Positions 17,836 to 26,867 of a stretch of DNA of 55,647 nucleotides are shown here, in pieces. Every line of letters starts with the position of its first letter. The stretch's first letter is position 1. Below the pieces are notes generated by a model. It did not search any database and had not been told where the DNA came from. It saw only the letters and a list, made by a program, of their open reading frames with translations. The position numbers were made by a program, and so were the translations under genes. Source of the stretch: Bacteroidota bacterium (GTDB lineage: Bacteria > Bacteroidota > Ignavibacteria > UBA10030 > UBA6906); NCBI GenBank assembly GCA_038247945.1, contig JBBRUI010000002.1, positions 1 to 55,647 on the forward strand, in the 5' to 3' direction.

Positions 17836-19905
17836 ATGAAGGGCAATGCTGCCTTTTCTGTTTTTGTGATTCTCTTTCTTTTTCTCCCCCCAGTTCTGAT
17901 TGCACAATGGCAGCAAACAAACGGTCCGGGCGGAAGGCAGGTGAATGCAATCGTGTACGATGGAACGCGTTTTCTTGCGGGAACTGCGGGCGGAGTTTTT
18001 CTTTTCGGAACCGATAGTGCATGGCAGCCGCGCAACGCAGGACTTACGAACACCTTCGTGAATGCGCTGATCGTAAAAGATTCTCTCCGCTTCGCCGGAA
18101 CGAACGGAGGCGTTTTTGTTTATACAGATATCGGGGCGAATTGGGCGTCCGTAAATAACGGACTGGGCACTCTCGACGTACGGGCATTTGCTCGAATCGG
18201 CACATCGTTGTTTGCCGGAACGCTGGATGGCGTATATCGCACTACAAACAACGGTGGAAACTGGGTAGCTGCAGATTCGGGACTTGTCTTTCCGAAAATC
18301 CAATGTCTGGCAACCAGCGGCACAACATTGTTTGTCGGCACTGCGGGAAGCGGCGTCTATCGCTCGACAAATCTCGGCGTAACGTGGACATCTGCAACGA
18401 ATGGAATTGCAGGCGGTGATGTGACCTCTCTTAGCGTCATTGGTACAACATTGTTCGCGGGAACCGGAAACCGCGGCGTATATCGCTCTACAAATAATGG
18501 AACCAACTGGGCGCAAATAAATTCGGGGCTGACTGATACGTTGATCTTCTCTCTTGCCGTAAGTGGGACCAATTTGATTGCGGGCACGTATAGTAATTGT
18601 TTCCGTTCCTCGAACAACGGTGCCTCCTGGACTTCTATTGATGCAGGATTGCCTAATTCAAACCTTTTGGCAATTGCGTTTTCAGGGGCAGATCTGTTTG
18701 CGGGGACGCGCAACGGAGCGTTTGTTCTTCCCGGCGGAGGGACTATATGGCGCAGCGTCAATTCCGGACTTTCGAGCAGCGATGTCATCACTCTTGCGGT
18801 CCGCACCCCTACCCAAATTTTTGCCGGGGCATACGGTGAAGGAGTTTTCTATTCAACCAATACCGGCTTGGATTGGAATCAGGTGAATGGCGACAGCTTG
18901 ACGAACTTGAACGCCACAAGTTTTGTGTTTAATGGAACGAACACATACGCATCAACGCGGGCCGGGATTTTTCTTTCAACGAACAACGGAGGCAATTGGT
19001 TGGCGCGCAACACCGGTCTGGCAAATACTGATATTGCCGCCTTGACTCAGGTGGGCACGATTCTTCTTGCCGGAACGAACGGTTCCGGTATCTATCGTTC
19101 CACAAACAACGGAACAAATTGGACGGCGGTAAATACCGGACTCACACCACGGTCAATGACATCGTTTGTCGTCGTGGGGACGACCGTGTATGCCGGGGCG
19201 TTGTCGGGTGGTGTGAATCGATCAACAAACAACGGAACAAACTGGGCAAGCGTCAGCACCGGTATGGTCAATAACGATGTGCTTTCCCTTGCAGCATTGG
19301 GAACAATTCTATTTGCCGGAACAGGCGCGGGCGTGTATCGCTCAACGAACAGTGGTGCAAATTGGATCCTCGCGAATAACGGACTTCCTTCACCCTCTAA
19401 CACCTATGCGCTCGCCGTAAGCGGCTCGAATGTCTTTGCTGCGACAGACAACGGCGTATTCAGTACATTCAACAACGGCAACAGTTGGAGTCCTGTGAAC
19501 TCAGGGTTAACGACTCCGCGAATTTTTTCTCTTGTTGTTGCAGGCTCATACGTGCTCGCCGGCAGTCAGGGCGGTGGGGTTTGGCGGCGCCCCTTGATCG
19601 AGGTAATTGTGGGTGTAGAAGAAAACACCGGAAACCCACCAGCAAGTTTTGTGCTCGAACAAAATTATCCGAATCCCTTCAACCCGAACACTGAGATCAA
19701 ATATCAGATATCAGAAGTTAGTCATGTGATGTTGAAGGTGTTCGATGTGTTGGGACGGGAAGTTGCAACGCTGGTGAATGAAGCAAAGGCGTCCGGTGAA
19801 TACGAAATTCAATTCGACGCCCGTGATGTATCCAGCGGTGTATATTTTTACAAGCTTGTCGCCGGATCCTTTGCTCAAACAAAAAAAATGGTTCTCATCC
19901 GGTAG
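17836..19905 (+). CDS. Beta-propeller repeat protein (about 13 tandem ~47-aa units with a YRSTNNGxNW core) with T9SS C-terminal sorting domain
   Basis: AAGGAG Shine-Dalgarno before the ATG at 17836. Signal peptide MKGNAAFSVFVILFLFLPPVLIAQ. The internal unit FAGT..GVYRSTNNGTNW...N.GL is highly regular. C-terminal sorting domain LEQNYPNPFNPNTEIKY...GVYFYKLVAGSFAQTKKMVLIR. Confidence 0.8.
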   Translation: MKGNAAFSVFVILFLFLPPVLIAQWQQTNGPGGRQVNAIVYDGTRFLAGTAGGVFLFGTDSAWQPRNAGLTNTFVNALIVKDSLRFAGTNGGVFVYTDIGANWASVNNGLGTLDVRAFARIGTSLFAGTLDGVYRTTNNGGNWVAADSGLVFPKIQCLATSGTTLFVGTAGSGVYRSTNLGVTWTSATNGIAGGDVTSLSVIGTTLFAGTGNRGVYRSTNNGTNWAQINSGLTDTLIFSLAVSGTNLIAGTYSNCFRSSNNGASWTSIDAGLPNSNLLAIAFSGADLFAGTRNGAFVLPGGGTIWRSVNSGLSSSDVITLAVRTPTQIFAGAYGEGVFYSTNTGLDWNQVNGDSLTNLNATSFVFNGTNTYASTRAGIFLSTNNGGNWLARNTGLANTDIAALTQVGTILLAGTNGSGIYRSTNNGTNWTAVNTGLTPRSMTSFVVVGTTVYAGALSGGVNRSTNNGTNWASVSTGMVNNDVLSLAALGTILFAGTGAGVYRSTNSGANWILANNGLPSPSNTYALAVSGSNVFAATDNGVFSTFNNGNSWSPVNSGLTTPRIFSLVVAGSYVLAGSQGGGVWRRPLIEVIVGVEENTGNPPASFVLEQNYPNPFNPNTEIKYQISEVSHVMLKVFDVLGREVATLVNEAKASGEYEIQFDARDVSSGVYFYKLVAGSFAQTKKMVLIR

Positions 19906-19946
19906 CCCCATTGTTTGTCCCTTCATCCAATCTTCTTGAGATAAAC

Positions 19947-22427
19947 ATGAAATCAGCATTGGTTGGAATTGCAGTTCTTGCCGCGTTTGCTCTCTCGTTG
20001 AATGTTTCTGTTACTTCTCGGGAATTCAAGGAAACGCGCTCCGAATCAATGGAAGCATTGGATATGTGGACGTCCCAGCGGTCATATCCTCATCAAGACA
20101 TCTCCCCGGACGCTTTCTACAAAGCATACACGCTTGCTCAATCCCAGTTACGCGAAGCAGCCGTTTCCGGCGGTGATCAGTGGCGATCAATTGGCCCGAC
20201 GAATTTCTCGGGACGCATGATTTCTGTCGCCTTGAATCCTCTAAACGGTAATACGGTCTATGCGGGCGCGGCAAGCGGAGGTTTGTGGCGGTCGCGTACC
20301 GGCGGATTGGGCGGTGACTGGCAACGCGTGGCGACAGGTTTTCCTGTTCTTGGTGTGAACGCAATCGCAATTCACCCGGCGGATTCAAATACAATTTACA
20401 TTGGAACCGGTGAAGTATATCGCTATCTCGGATCAACCGGTGGTATTGTCATTCGAACAACCCGCGGCAGTTACGGCATGGGAATTCTCAAGACAACAAA
20501 TGGCGGCCTCACCTGGACGAAGAGCCTCGACTGGTCGTACAACCAACAACGGGGTGTGCAAGCCCTCCGCATAAATCCCCAAAATCATCGGATACTTTTT
20601 GCTGCCACCTCGGAGGGAATATTTAAATCCACCGACGCCGGAGGAACGTGGAATCGTACTTTGAATGTGTTGCTCGCTGAGGATATCGTTATTAACGCCA
20701 ACGATACTACTCTCGTTCTTGCGACCTGCGGTAACTTTTCTTCGCCCGGCAGAGGAGTATATCGCTCGACGGATGGAGGCAATTCATTTAGCATCGTCGC
20801 GGGTTTGCCTGCATATTCCGGCAAGGGAATGCTCGAAGTCTACAACACGAATCCGCAAGTCGTATACGCAAGCCTTGCGGACAGCACGACAGGGAATGGC
20901 AGTCTCTGGCGAACAACAAACTTTGGCGCTAATTGGACTTTGGTGAGCAGTGAAGCGCTGTACGGAGTTCAAGGCTGGTATTCCCAATTTGTTGCAGTGC
21001 ATCCCACAGACTCCACGAAAATTGTTCGCGGTGGAGTTAATATTTACAAATCAACAAACGGCGGAACATCCTCAACACAAAAATCCGGTGGATATTATGA
21101 TATGCATAACTACGCGCATCATCCCGCGAACCCAAACATTCTCTATCTCGTGAGTGACGGCGGCGTGTTTCATTCGACAAATTTCGGAGATAGTTATCAG
21201 GACGCGAACACCGGGCTGCTGACATCGCAATTCTACAACGGCTTCTCGAATTCAGCGCAAGACTCCCTTATGGCCTTGGGCCAGGTGCAGGATCATTTTG
21301 GATATAAGTACACGGGATCTCTTTCATGGCCTTCCGGCGGTGTAGATGAAATCGGGTGGACGGCAATCAACCAACAAAATGATATGGTGCAGTATGCCGG
21401 CAACCGGGGAGGGGGAAGCATCTACAAGTCAACGAACCGCGGGATTTCATTTCAAAGTATCACAGGAAGTTTTTCGGGAGCTTCTTGTTGGAATACGCCT
21501 TTTGTGTTATCGCGTTCCAACCCGAGTATTCTCTACTTCGGGCGGAGTGTTGTGTTCAAAACCACGAACGCGGGAACAGCGTGGTCTGCCACGAATGGCG
21601 GCGCTCCGCTCGACGGAAATCCGCCGCTTTGTATGGCGATTGCGCCATCAAATTCAGACACGGTATTCGTTGGAACCGTTCCCGGCAATGTTCGCCCTCA
21701 TCTGTATCGAACGACAAATGGCGGAACATCGTGGACTGATGTAACCGGAACGCTGCCGAACCGGTATTATCTCGACATCGCTGTTGACCCGAACAATTCT
21801 AAAATTGTGTATGTAGCTGTTGGAGGGTTCGATACAACGCGCGTTGCCAAGTCGACAAACGCAGGCATTAGCTGGAATGACATCAGCGGCAGCCTGCCTA
21901 ACGTCCCGACGACTGCGATTGCAATCGATCCCTCAAACTCAAATCACGTTTATGTTGGAAATGATCTTGGCGTGTATGTATCATCGAACGCGGGCGGTAC
22001 ATGGATGAGTTTCAACGACGGATTTCCCGAAGCTGTGATTGTGGGAGATCTTGTTGTCTCGCCTTCGAACCGGATGTTACGCGTCGCGACACATAGCAAC
22101 GGTGTGTACGAACGCAAACTGCTGAGCGGGACAACAGATATTTCAGAGTCGCTGAATCTGCCCGGTGGATTTATTCTTGAACAGAATTATCCAAACCCGT
22201 TCAATCCTACAACTCATTTCAAATTTCGGATTGCGGAATTCGGATTTGTATCATTAAAAGTGTTTGATATGCTGGGGAGGGAGGTTGCAACCCTCTTGAA
22301 TGAGGAAAAGAATCCTGGCGAGTACGAAATCCAATTTAACGCCGGTTCCTTATCGAGCGGAATATATTTTTACAAGCTTGTTGCGGGATCTTTTGCCCAG
22401 TCAAAAAAAATGCTGCTTCTGAAATAG
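19947..22427 (+). CDS. BNR/sortilin-Vps10-like (GH74-like fold) double-propeller protein with T9SS C-terminal sorting domain
   Basis: The ATG at 19947 gives a signal peptide. About 12 Asp-box-like motifs (TTNGGLTW, STDAGGTW, STDGGNSF, TTNFGANW, TTNAGTAW, TTNGGTSW, STNAGISW, SSNAGGTW). C-terminal sorting domain LEQNYPNPFNPTTHFKF...GIYFYKLVAGSFAQSKKMLLLK. Confidence 0.8.
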   Translation: MKSALVGIAVLAAFALSLNVSVTSREFKETRSESMEALDMWTSQRSYPHQDISPDAFYKAYTLAQSQLREAAVSGGDQWRSIGPTNFSGRMISVALNPLNGNTVYAGAASGGLWRSRTGGLGGDWQRVATGFPVLGVNAIAIHPADSNTIYIGTGEVYRYLGSTGGIVIRTTRGSYGMGILKTTNGGLTWTKSLDWSYNQQRGVQALRINPQNHRILFAATSEGIFKSTDAGGTWNRTLNVLLAEDIVINANDTTLVLATCGNFSSPGRGVYRSTDGGNSFSIVAGLPAYSGKGMLEVYNTNPQVVYASLADSTTGNGSLWRTTNFGANWTLVSSEALYGVQGWYSQFVAVHPTDSTKIVRGGVNIYKSTNGGTSSTQKSGGYYDMHNYAHHPANPNILYLVSDGGVFHSTNFGDSYQDANTGLLTSQFYNGFSNSAQDSLMALGQVQDHFGYKYTGSLSWPSGGVDEIGWTAINQQNDMVQYAGNRGGGSIYKSTNRGISFQSITGSFSGASCWNTPFVLSRSNPSILYFGRSVVFKTTNAGTAWSATNGGAPLDGNPPLCMAIAPSNSDTVFVGTVPGNVRPHLYRTTNGGTSWTDVTGTLPNRYYLDIAVDPNNSKIVYVAVGGFDTTRVAKSTNAGISWNDISGSLPNVPTTAIAIDPSNSNHVYVGNDLGVYVSSNAGGTWMSFNDGFPEAVIVGDLVVSPSNRMLRVATHSNGVYERKLLSGTTDISESLNLPGGFILEQNYPNPFNPTTHFKFRIAEFGFVSLKVFDMLGREVATLLNEEKNPGEYEIQFNAGSLSSGIYFYKLVAGSFAQSKKMLLLK

Positions 22428-22477
22428 TATCATATGATACTAACTATAACTAACTATAAATAATCACGGTCCGTTGC

Positions 22478-23272
22478 ATGAAGACAGTTGTTTACCAATC
22501 CTATCGCACTTCCAATGTGGCTCCCTGGATTACCCGATGTATGGAGTCCGTGAAGTCATGGTCGATACTCAATGGATTCGAATATCGTTTTATCGATGAC
22601 AGAATCTTCGACTACGTTCCCTCCTCATATAAGGAAAAGGCAAGAAATAATATGCTGTTGATGACTGATCTGGGGCGGCTTGAACTTGCCCGAGAATTGC
22701 TTGATGAGGGATTCGAACGGACAGTGTGGGTTGATGCCGATGTCATCATATTCAATCCCCCCAAATTCAGCGTGGATATTAAGGAGGATTTTGCGTTCTG
22801 CCGGGAGGTATGGATACATCATCCGAAGCTCTTCGGCGTTACACTTCCGATAACACGGTGTAACTTCAAAGTAAATAACGCAGTGAGCGTATTTACAGCT
22901 TCAAGCACTATGTTGGATTCTTACCGAATGTCATGCCATTCTTTGGTTGAAAACATGCCGCGCGTATTCGACCCCGGTTTCGTTTCTACAACATATCTGA
23001 CATCGCTTCATAAACAAAATCCGCTGCCTCTTCTGACGAACGTCGCGTTATTGAGTCCGCTGGTACTTCATGACCTTGCAAATGGCGGGGGAAGATATGC
23101 ACGCTTGTTTATGGAGAAATTCGCATATCCGGTATACGCCGCCAACCTCTGCAGTACAATGAACAACGGAAAACACATGGGCATAAGAATACATAATGGG
23201 ATGTATGATGGAGTCATCAACCGTTTGCTTGAAACGAAAGGCGGAATCCTCAATCAATACCTTCCGCGTTAA
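22478..23272 (+). CDS. Hypothetical cytoplasmic protein, possibly a DXD-motif glycosyltransferase
   Basis: No signal peptide. The segment LLMTDLGRLELARELLDEGFERTVWVDADVIIFNP resembles the sugar-binding DXD region of Gly_transf_sug/Caps_synth-type enzymes. This is a weak call. Confidence 0.35.
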   Translation: MKTVVYQSYRTSNVAPWITRCMESVKSWSILNGFEYRFIDDRIFDYVPSSYKEKARNNMLLMTDLGRLELARELLDEGFERTVWVDADVIIFNPPKFSVDIKEDFAFCREVWIHHPKLFGVTLPITRCNFKVNNAVSVFTASSTMLDSYRMSCHSLVENMPRVFDPGFVSTTYLTSLHKQNPLPLLTNVALLSPLVLHDLANGGGRYARLFMEKFAYPVYAANLCSTMNNGKHMGIRIHNGMYDGVINRLLETKGGILNQYLPR

Positions 23273-23546
23273 CCTGAATTCATAAAATAGCTGTTGCTAT
23301 TGGCGGGTGCGGTTAGTATTTTGTACTCGTCAAAAACAGTACACCGTTGTTGAGCTTTTACTCTCCGCGTAAGGAGAGGTTTTGCTAGAGTTGTGGTAAA
23401 TAAACCCGTAGCTAAACAAAGTCAATCGCAACCGTGGAGAATTAGACCGGGTTGCGATTTGATGTTAAAAAGGCACATCGAGCTGGCTGTATCATAAGTG
23501 TCCGTTGACGACGGATTTGTTTAACACAACGAAAGGACTTTTTCCA

Positions 23547-23747
23547 ATGGAAAAAGGCACAGTAAAATGGTTTAACGGAGCAAAAGGCTTCGGATTTATT
23601 CAACGCTCGAGCGGTGAAGACGTGTTCGTTCACTACAAGGCAATTGTTGGCGATGGCTACAAGAACCTGAACGAAGGCGATGCAGTTCAATTCGACGTTG
23701 AAAAAGGACCGAAAGGTCTCCAGGCTGCAAACGTAAGCAAAGTGTAA
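23547..23747 (+). CDS. Cold-shock protein (CspA family)
   Basis: [30 protein letters not shown] carries the RNP1/RNP2 motifs. 66 aa counted from the ATG at 23547. A noncoding leader of about 270 nt lies upstream. Confidence 0.95.
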   Translation: MEKGTVKWFNGAKGFGFIQRSSGEDVFVHYKAIVGDGYKNLNEGDAVQFDVEKGPKGLQAANVSKV

Positions 23748-23768
23748 TTAGTCACACTCGCTAAACAG

Positions 23769-23811
23769 AATCCCGGTCTGTTTTTATTCAGACTGGGATT
23801 TTTATTTTTTT
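23769..23811 (+). terminator. Rho-independent terminator of csp
   Basis: 12-bp stem AATCCCGGTCTG / CAGACTGGGATT (one G-U pair), an 8-nt loop, then TTTTATTTTTTT. Confidence 0.85.
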
Positions 23812-23984
23812 GACCGCACAGATCAAAGCTTGCCGCTCCCGAGTGGGATGCGCGAAGACTCGAAGGACTTTATAGGTCTCAAAACCATTGGCTTTTGTTT
23901 GTGCAATCGTATAGTCTTCCCTACTCTAGACCAATGAAGGCAGGCAGGACATCTTAGTGGTAAAAAGTTTTTAGAGAGTACAGA

Positions 23985-25406
23985 ATGAAATCAGAATTAT
24001 TGAACTTGAGCAAAGAGATGGTAGCAGTGTTGCATCAACACGGCATCTCCACTCCCACACCAATTCAAAAAGAAATTATTCCGGCAATTTTTGAAGGCCG
24101 GGATGTTATCGCCCAGTCCGAAACGGGCTCGGGTAAAACGTTGAGTTTTGCAATTCCCATCATCGAACGGATGAACCGGCGGGATGGAATGAAGGCGCTC
24201 GTCATTTGTCCGACGAGAGAGCTGGCAGTTCAAATTGCAGCGGAATTTGTGAAATTCTCCACAGGCAAGCATCTGGGTATCACTCCCATTTATGGCGGCG
24301 TATCCATCGGCGAACAAGCGAGAAGGATCTCGCGGACGAACATCATCGTTGGCACGCCCGGACGGTTAATTGATTTGATCAACCGCGGTCTGTTGAAGCT
24401 TGATTCGATCACCACACTCGTTCTTGATGAGGCAGATAGAATGTTGGACATGGGCTTCATCAAAGATATCGAAACGATCATGCGAAAAGTTTCGAAGGAT
24501 CGGCAGACGTTGATGTTCAGCGCGACGATTGCAAAGGAAATCGTAACGTTAAGTAAAAAATATCTCAACGATCCAAAACATGTGCAGATGGCTCCATATG
24601 TAAAGGCGGAGATGCTTCATCAAACGTATTACCAAACAACACCGGATCAGAAACCGCATCTGCTTGTCCATTTGTTGAAAGCCGAACGCGACCTGGCGCT
24701 GGTGTTTTGCAACAGGAAACACATTACGGCGAAGCTGGCAAAACAACTGGCACGGGAAGGGGTTACTGCGCGTTGTTTGAACGGAGACATGTCGCAGAGC
24801 CAGCGTGAACGGACGACAGCGGATTTTCGAAATAAGAAGTTCAATGTGCTTGTAGCGACCGATGTTGCGGCCCGAGGATTACATATAGACGATATCACGC
24901 ATGTCTACAATTACGAAATTCCACGTGACGTTGAATCGTACACGCATCGTGTCGGAAGGACGGCGCGGGCCGGTGCAAAAGGACAAGCGATTTCGCTGGT
25001 GTCAACAGGCGAAGAACGAGGTTTCTTTCAGCGTATTCTTTTTACGCACAAGGGCAACATCACACTTAAGGGAGCAAATGATATCGGGTATGTTAAGGTG
25101 ACTGACCCTGAGAAACTTGCTGCATCAAAAGCACAACCATCGTCCGATCGTCCTCAGGGGCGCAAGAGCGGTTATCCAACCGCTCGCCGCACCGAACGAC
25201 ATACAACGGAGCGTTATCCCTCAACTGAACGCAAGCGCGTCTCCAACGAGCGGCCGGACGACAGGAAGGGTGAGCGCAGAAGCGAACGCATTTCGAATGA
25301 ACGGAAGCCCGAGACTAAGCCGACGGAAAAACGGATTTGGGATAAGCGAAGTTTCGGAGAGTTGCTTCGCCGCAAAAAAAAACAACGCTTCGGCGACACG
25401 AAATGA
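23985..25406 (+). CDS. DEAD-box ATP-dependent RNA helicase with basic C-terminal tail (RhlE/CsdA-like)
   Basis: Q-motif region, motif I AQSETGSGKT, DEAD box (LVLDEADRM), SAT, and HRVGRTARAG. The tail is R/K/E-rich. Confidence 0.92.
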   Translation: MKSELLNLSKEMVAVLHQHGISTPTPIQKEIIPAIFEGRDVIAQSETGSGKTLSFAIPIIERMNRRDGMKALVICPTRELAVQIAAEFVKFSTGKHLGITPIYGGVSIGEQARRISRTNIIVGTPGRLIDLINRGLLKLDSITTLVLDEADRMLDMGFIKDIETIMRKVSKDRQTLMFSATIAKEIVTLSKKYLNDPKHVQMAPYVKAEMLHQTYYQTTPDQKPHLLVHLLKAERDLALVFCNRKHITAKLAKQLAREGVTARCLNGDMSQSQRERTTADFRNKKFNVLVATDVAARGLHIDDITHVYNYEIPRDVESYTHRVGRTARAGAKGQAISLVSTGEERGFFQRILFTHKGNITLKGANDIGYVKVTDPEKLAASKAQPSSDRPQGRKSGYPTARRTERHTTERYPSTERKRVSNERPDDRKGERRSERISNERKPETKPTEKRIWDKRSFGELLRRKKKQRFGDTK

Positions 25407-25413
25407 TAAAGGC

Positions 25414-25452
25414 GATGGGTGAAAATATTGCCTTCACCCATCAACTTTTGTA
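25414..25452 (+). terminator. Probable intrinsic terminator of the helicase gene
   Basis: Perfect 10-bp stem GATGGGTGAA / TTCACCCATC (25414-25423 and 25433-25442), followed by AACTTTTGTATCTTGTT, which is only a moderate U-tract. Confidence 0.55.
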
Positions 25453-25475
25453 TCTTGTTCACGGAAATTTGGAAT

Positions 25476-25554
25476 CGGGGGTCCCGCCGAAGATCGGCGG
25501 GACTTAGCCCGGCTAGAGCGTGACGTCCTTCGGCGCCAAAGTCGCAGGTTCGAA
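25476..25554 (+). pseudogene. Degenerate tRNA-Pro-like fragment (pseudo-tRNA)
   Basis: It shares the D-arm (TAGCCCGGCTAGAGCG) and the variable/T-arm string (AAGTCGCAGGTTCGAA) with the bona fide tRNA-Pro 120 nt downstream. It carries a 23-nt perfect hairpin insert (GTCCCGCCGAagaTCGGCGGGAC) after the acceptor 5' half. It has no anticodon stem and no 3' acceptor strand. Confidence 0.5.
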
Positions 25555-25597
25555 GACATGAAAACAATAGTTTGTAAGATTTTTCAGTTGTATCAAT

Positions 25598-25672
25598 CGG
25601 GGCGTAGCTCAGCCCGGCTAGAGCGCTTGGTTTGGGACCAAGAAGTCGCAGGTTCGAATCCTGTCGCCCCGA
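25598..25672 (+). tRNA. tRNA-Pro (anticodon UGG)
   Basis: Manual cloverleaf: acceptor CGGGGCG/CGCCCCG, D-arm GCTC..GAGC, anticodon stem CTTGG/CCAAG with loop TTTGGGA, T-arm GCAGG TTCGAAT CCTGT, discriminator A. No encoded CCA. Confidence 0.9.
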
Positions 25673-25696
25673 CACTCGCAGTACGATTGAGTTTAC

Positions 25697-25770
25697 GGGC
25701 CCGTAGCTCAACTGGATAGAGCAACAGCCTTCTAAGCTGTAGGTTGCGCGTTCAAGTCGCGCCGGGCCCA
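25697..25770 (+). tRNA. tRNA-Arg (anticodon UCU)
   Basis: Acceptor GGGCCCG/CGGGCCC, anticodon stem ACAGC/GCTGT with loop CTTCTAA, T-arm GCGCG TTCAAGT CGCGC. Confidence 0.9.
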
Positions 25771-25832
25771 CAGCATTTCGGATTGAAGAAGACCAAATGT
25801 GCAATTTGAAACCTGCAATTCAAAATCAAGCC

Positions 25833-25905
25833 GCCCCCATCGTCTAGAGGCCTAGGACACGGGCTTTTCAAGCCTGTAACACGAGTTCGAATCTCGTTGG
25901 GGGCA
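25833..25905 (+). tRNA. tRNA-Glu (anticodon UUC)
   Basis: Acceptor GCCCCCA/TGGGGGC, D-arm GTCT..GGAC, anticodon loop TTTTCAA, T-arm ACGAG TTCGAAT CTCGT. Confidence 0.9.
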
Positions 25906-26019
25906 CAGATTTACAGACAAACAAACCCACCTGCTGACCTTGTACCAACAGTTTTCAAACAGCGGAGTTCAAACGTCTATGGGACAATCACTATTTAGTG
26001 AGAAAGGAAGATTGCTTCT

Positions 26020-26847
26020 ATGCCCGATCGCCTTACCGATCAACAAAAAAATTCCTACCGCGAAAATGGCTACCTCATCGGGTTGCCGCCGGTTCTCGAT
26101 TCGCGGCAGGTGCGGGAGTTGAATGACGGGCTGGATGAATTGATGAAGCTTCTTCATCCAGGAGAAGACTCCAAGGAGATTCGCGAGTGGCATGAGAGCA
26201 GTCGCCACCTGTACGACATTTGCATGAATGACACGATCCTCGATTATGTTGAAGACATTCTCGGGCCTGATTTTTATTTGTGGGGATCGAATTTTTTTAT
26301 CAAACCGGCGCATGGCAATACCACAGTTGGCTGGCATCAGGACAGTTATTACTGGCCTCTCGAACCAAAGATCTCTGCGACTGTATGGCTTGCACTGGAA
26401 GATGTGGACGAACAGAACGCGGCGATGAAGGTAATACCGGGTTCGCACAAAGCCGGATTGCTGAAACATTCACGATCATCCGATACCGATTCCGTTTTAA
26501 CACTCGAGTGCGAGCGCGGACAGTTTCGCGAGGATACGGCAGTCCCGCTCAATCTCAAAGCCGGACAGATTTCGATTCATGATGACAAACTTGTTCACGG
26601 TTCACCGGCAAACCGTTCCGACCGCCGACGCGCCGGTTTGACCATCCGCTATTCAAGCACAGTTGTACAATGCGATCTCTCTGTTAATCCCCATTTCAAA
26701 ACATACCTCTGCCGAGGTATTGATCTCTACAAGCACAACCCGGCTGGTAATGTGCCCACACAGAAATATGGCCGGCTCGAACGAAAGCACGTGAGCGTTG
26801 AAGAGGCCGGTGCGGAAGCCGAACGAAAACTTGGATTAATCCGCTAA
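26020..26847 (+). CDS. Phytanoyl-CoA dioxygenase (PhyH) family Fe(II)/2-oxoglutarate oxygenase
   Basis: The opening YRENGYLIG is typical of PhyH. The metal-binding region GWHQDSYYW (H-x-D) and the distal HGS in KLVHGSPANRSDRRR are present. Confidence 0.8.
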   Translation: MPDRLTDQQKNSYRENGYLIGLPPVLDSRQVRELNDGLDELMKLLHPGEDSKEIREWHESSRHLYDICMNDTILDYVEDILGPDFYLWGSNFFIKPAHGNTTVGWHQDSYYWPLEPKISATVWLALEDVDEQNAAMKVIPGSHKAGLLKHSRSSDTDSVLTLECERGQFREDTAVPLNLKAGQISIHDDKLVHGSPANRSDRRRAGLTIRYSSTVVQCDLSVNPHFKTYLCRGIDLYKHNPAGNVPTQKYGRLERKHVSVEEAGAEAERKLGLIR

Positions 26848-26867
26848 CGCAAGTTTAATCACCGAAC

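Noticed and set aside
17821-18516. 231-aa minus-strand ORF, and other antisense or off-frame ORFs inside 17836-19905
   Set aside because: The sense frame has a signal peptide, about 13 regular propeller repeats and a T9SS CTD. The antisense frames are open because of the repetitive, codon-biased sequence and show no motifs.
22425-22442. Perfect 18-nt palindrome TAGTATCATATGATACTA overlapping the stop codon of the 19947 gene, followed by a TAACTATAA-like near-repeat
   Set aside because: It is AT-rich, has no following U-tract, and is a single occurrence. It may be an operator or a weak hairpin, but there is no supporting context.
25214-25804. 196-aa minus-strand ORF in the supplied track
   Set aside because: It runs antisense through the helicase 3' end, the pseudo-tRNA and two complete tRNA genes. 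It is open only because of the tRNA sequence composition, and it has no RBS or recognisable motif.
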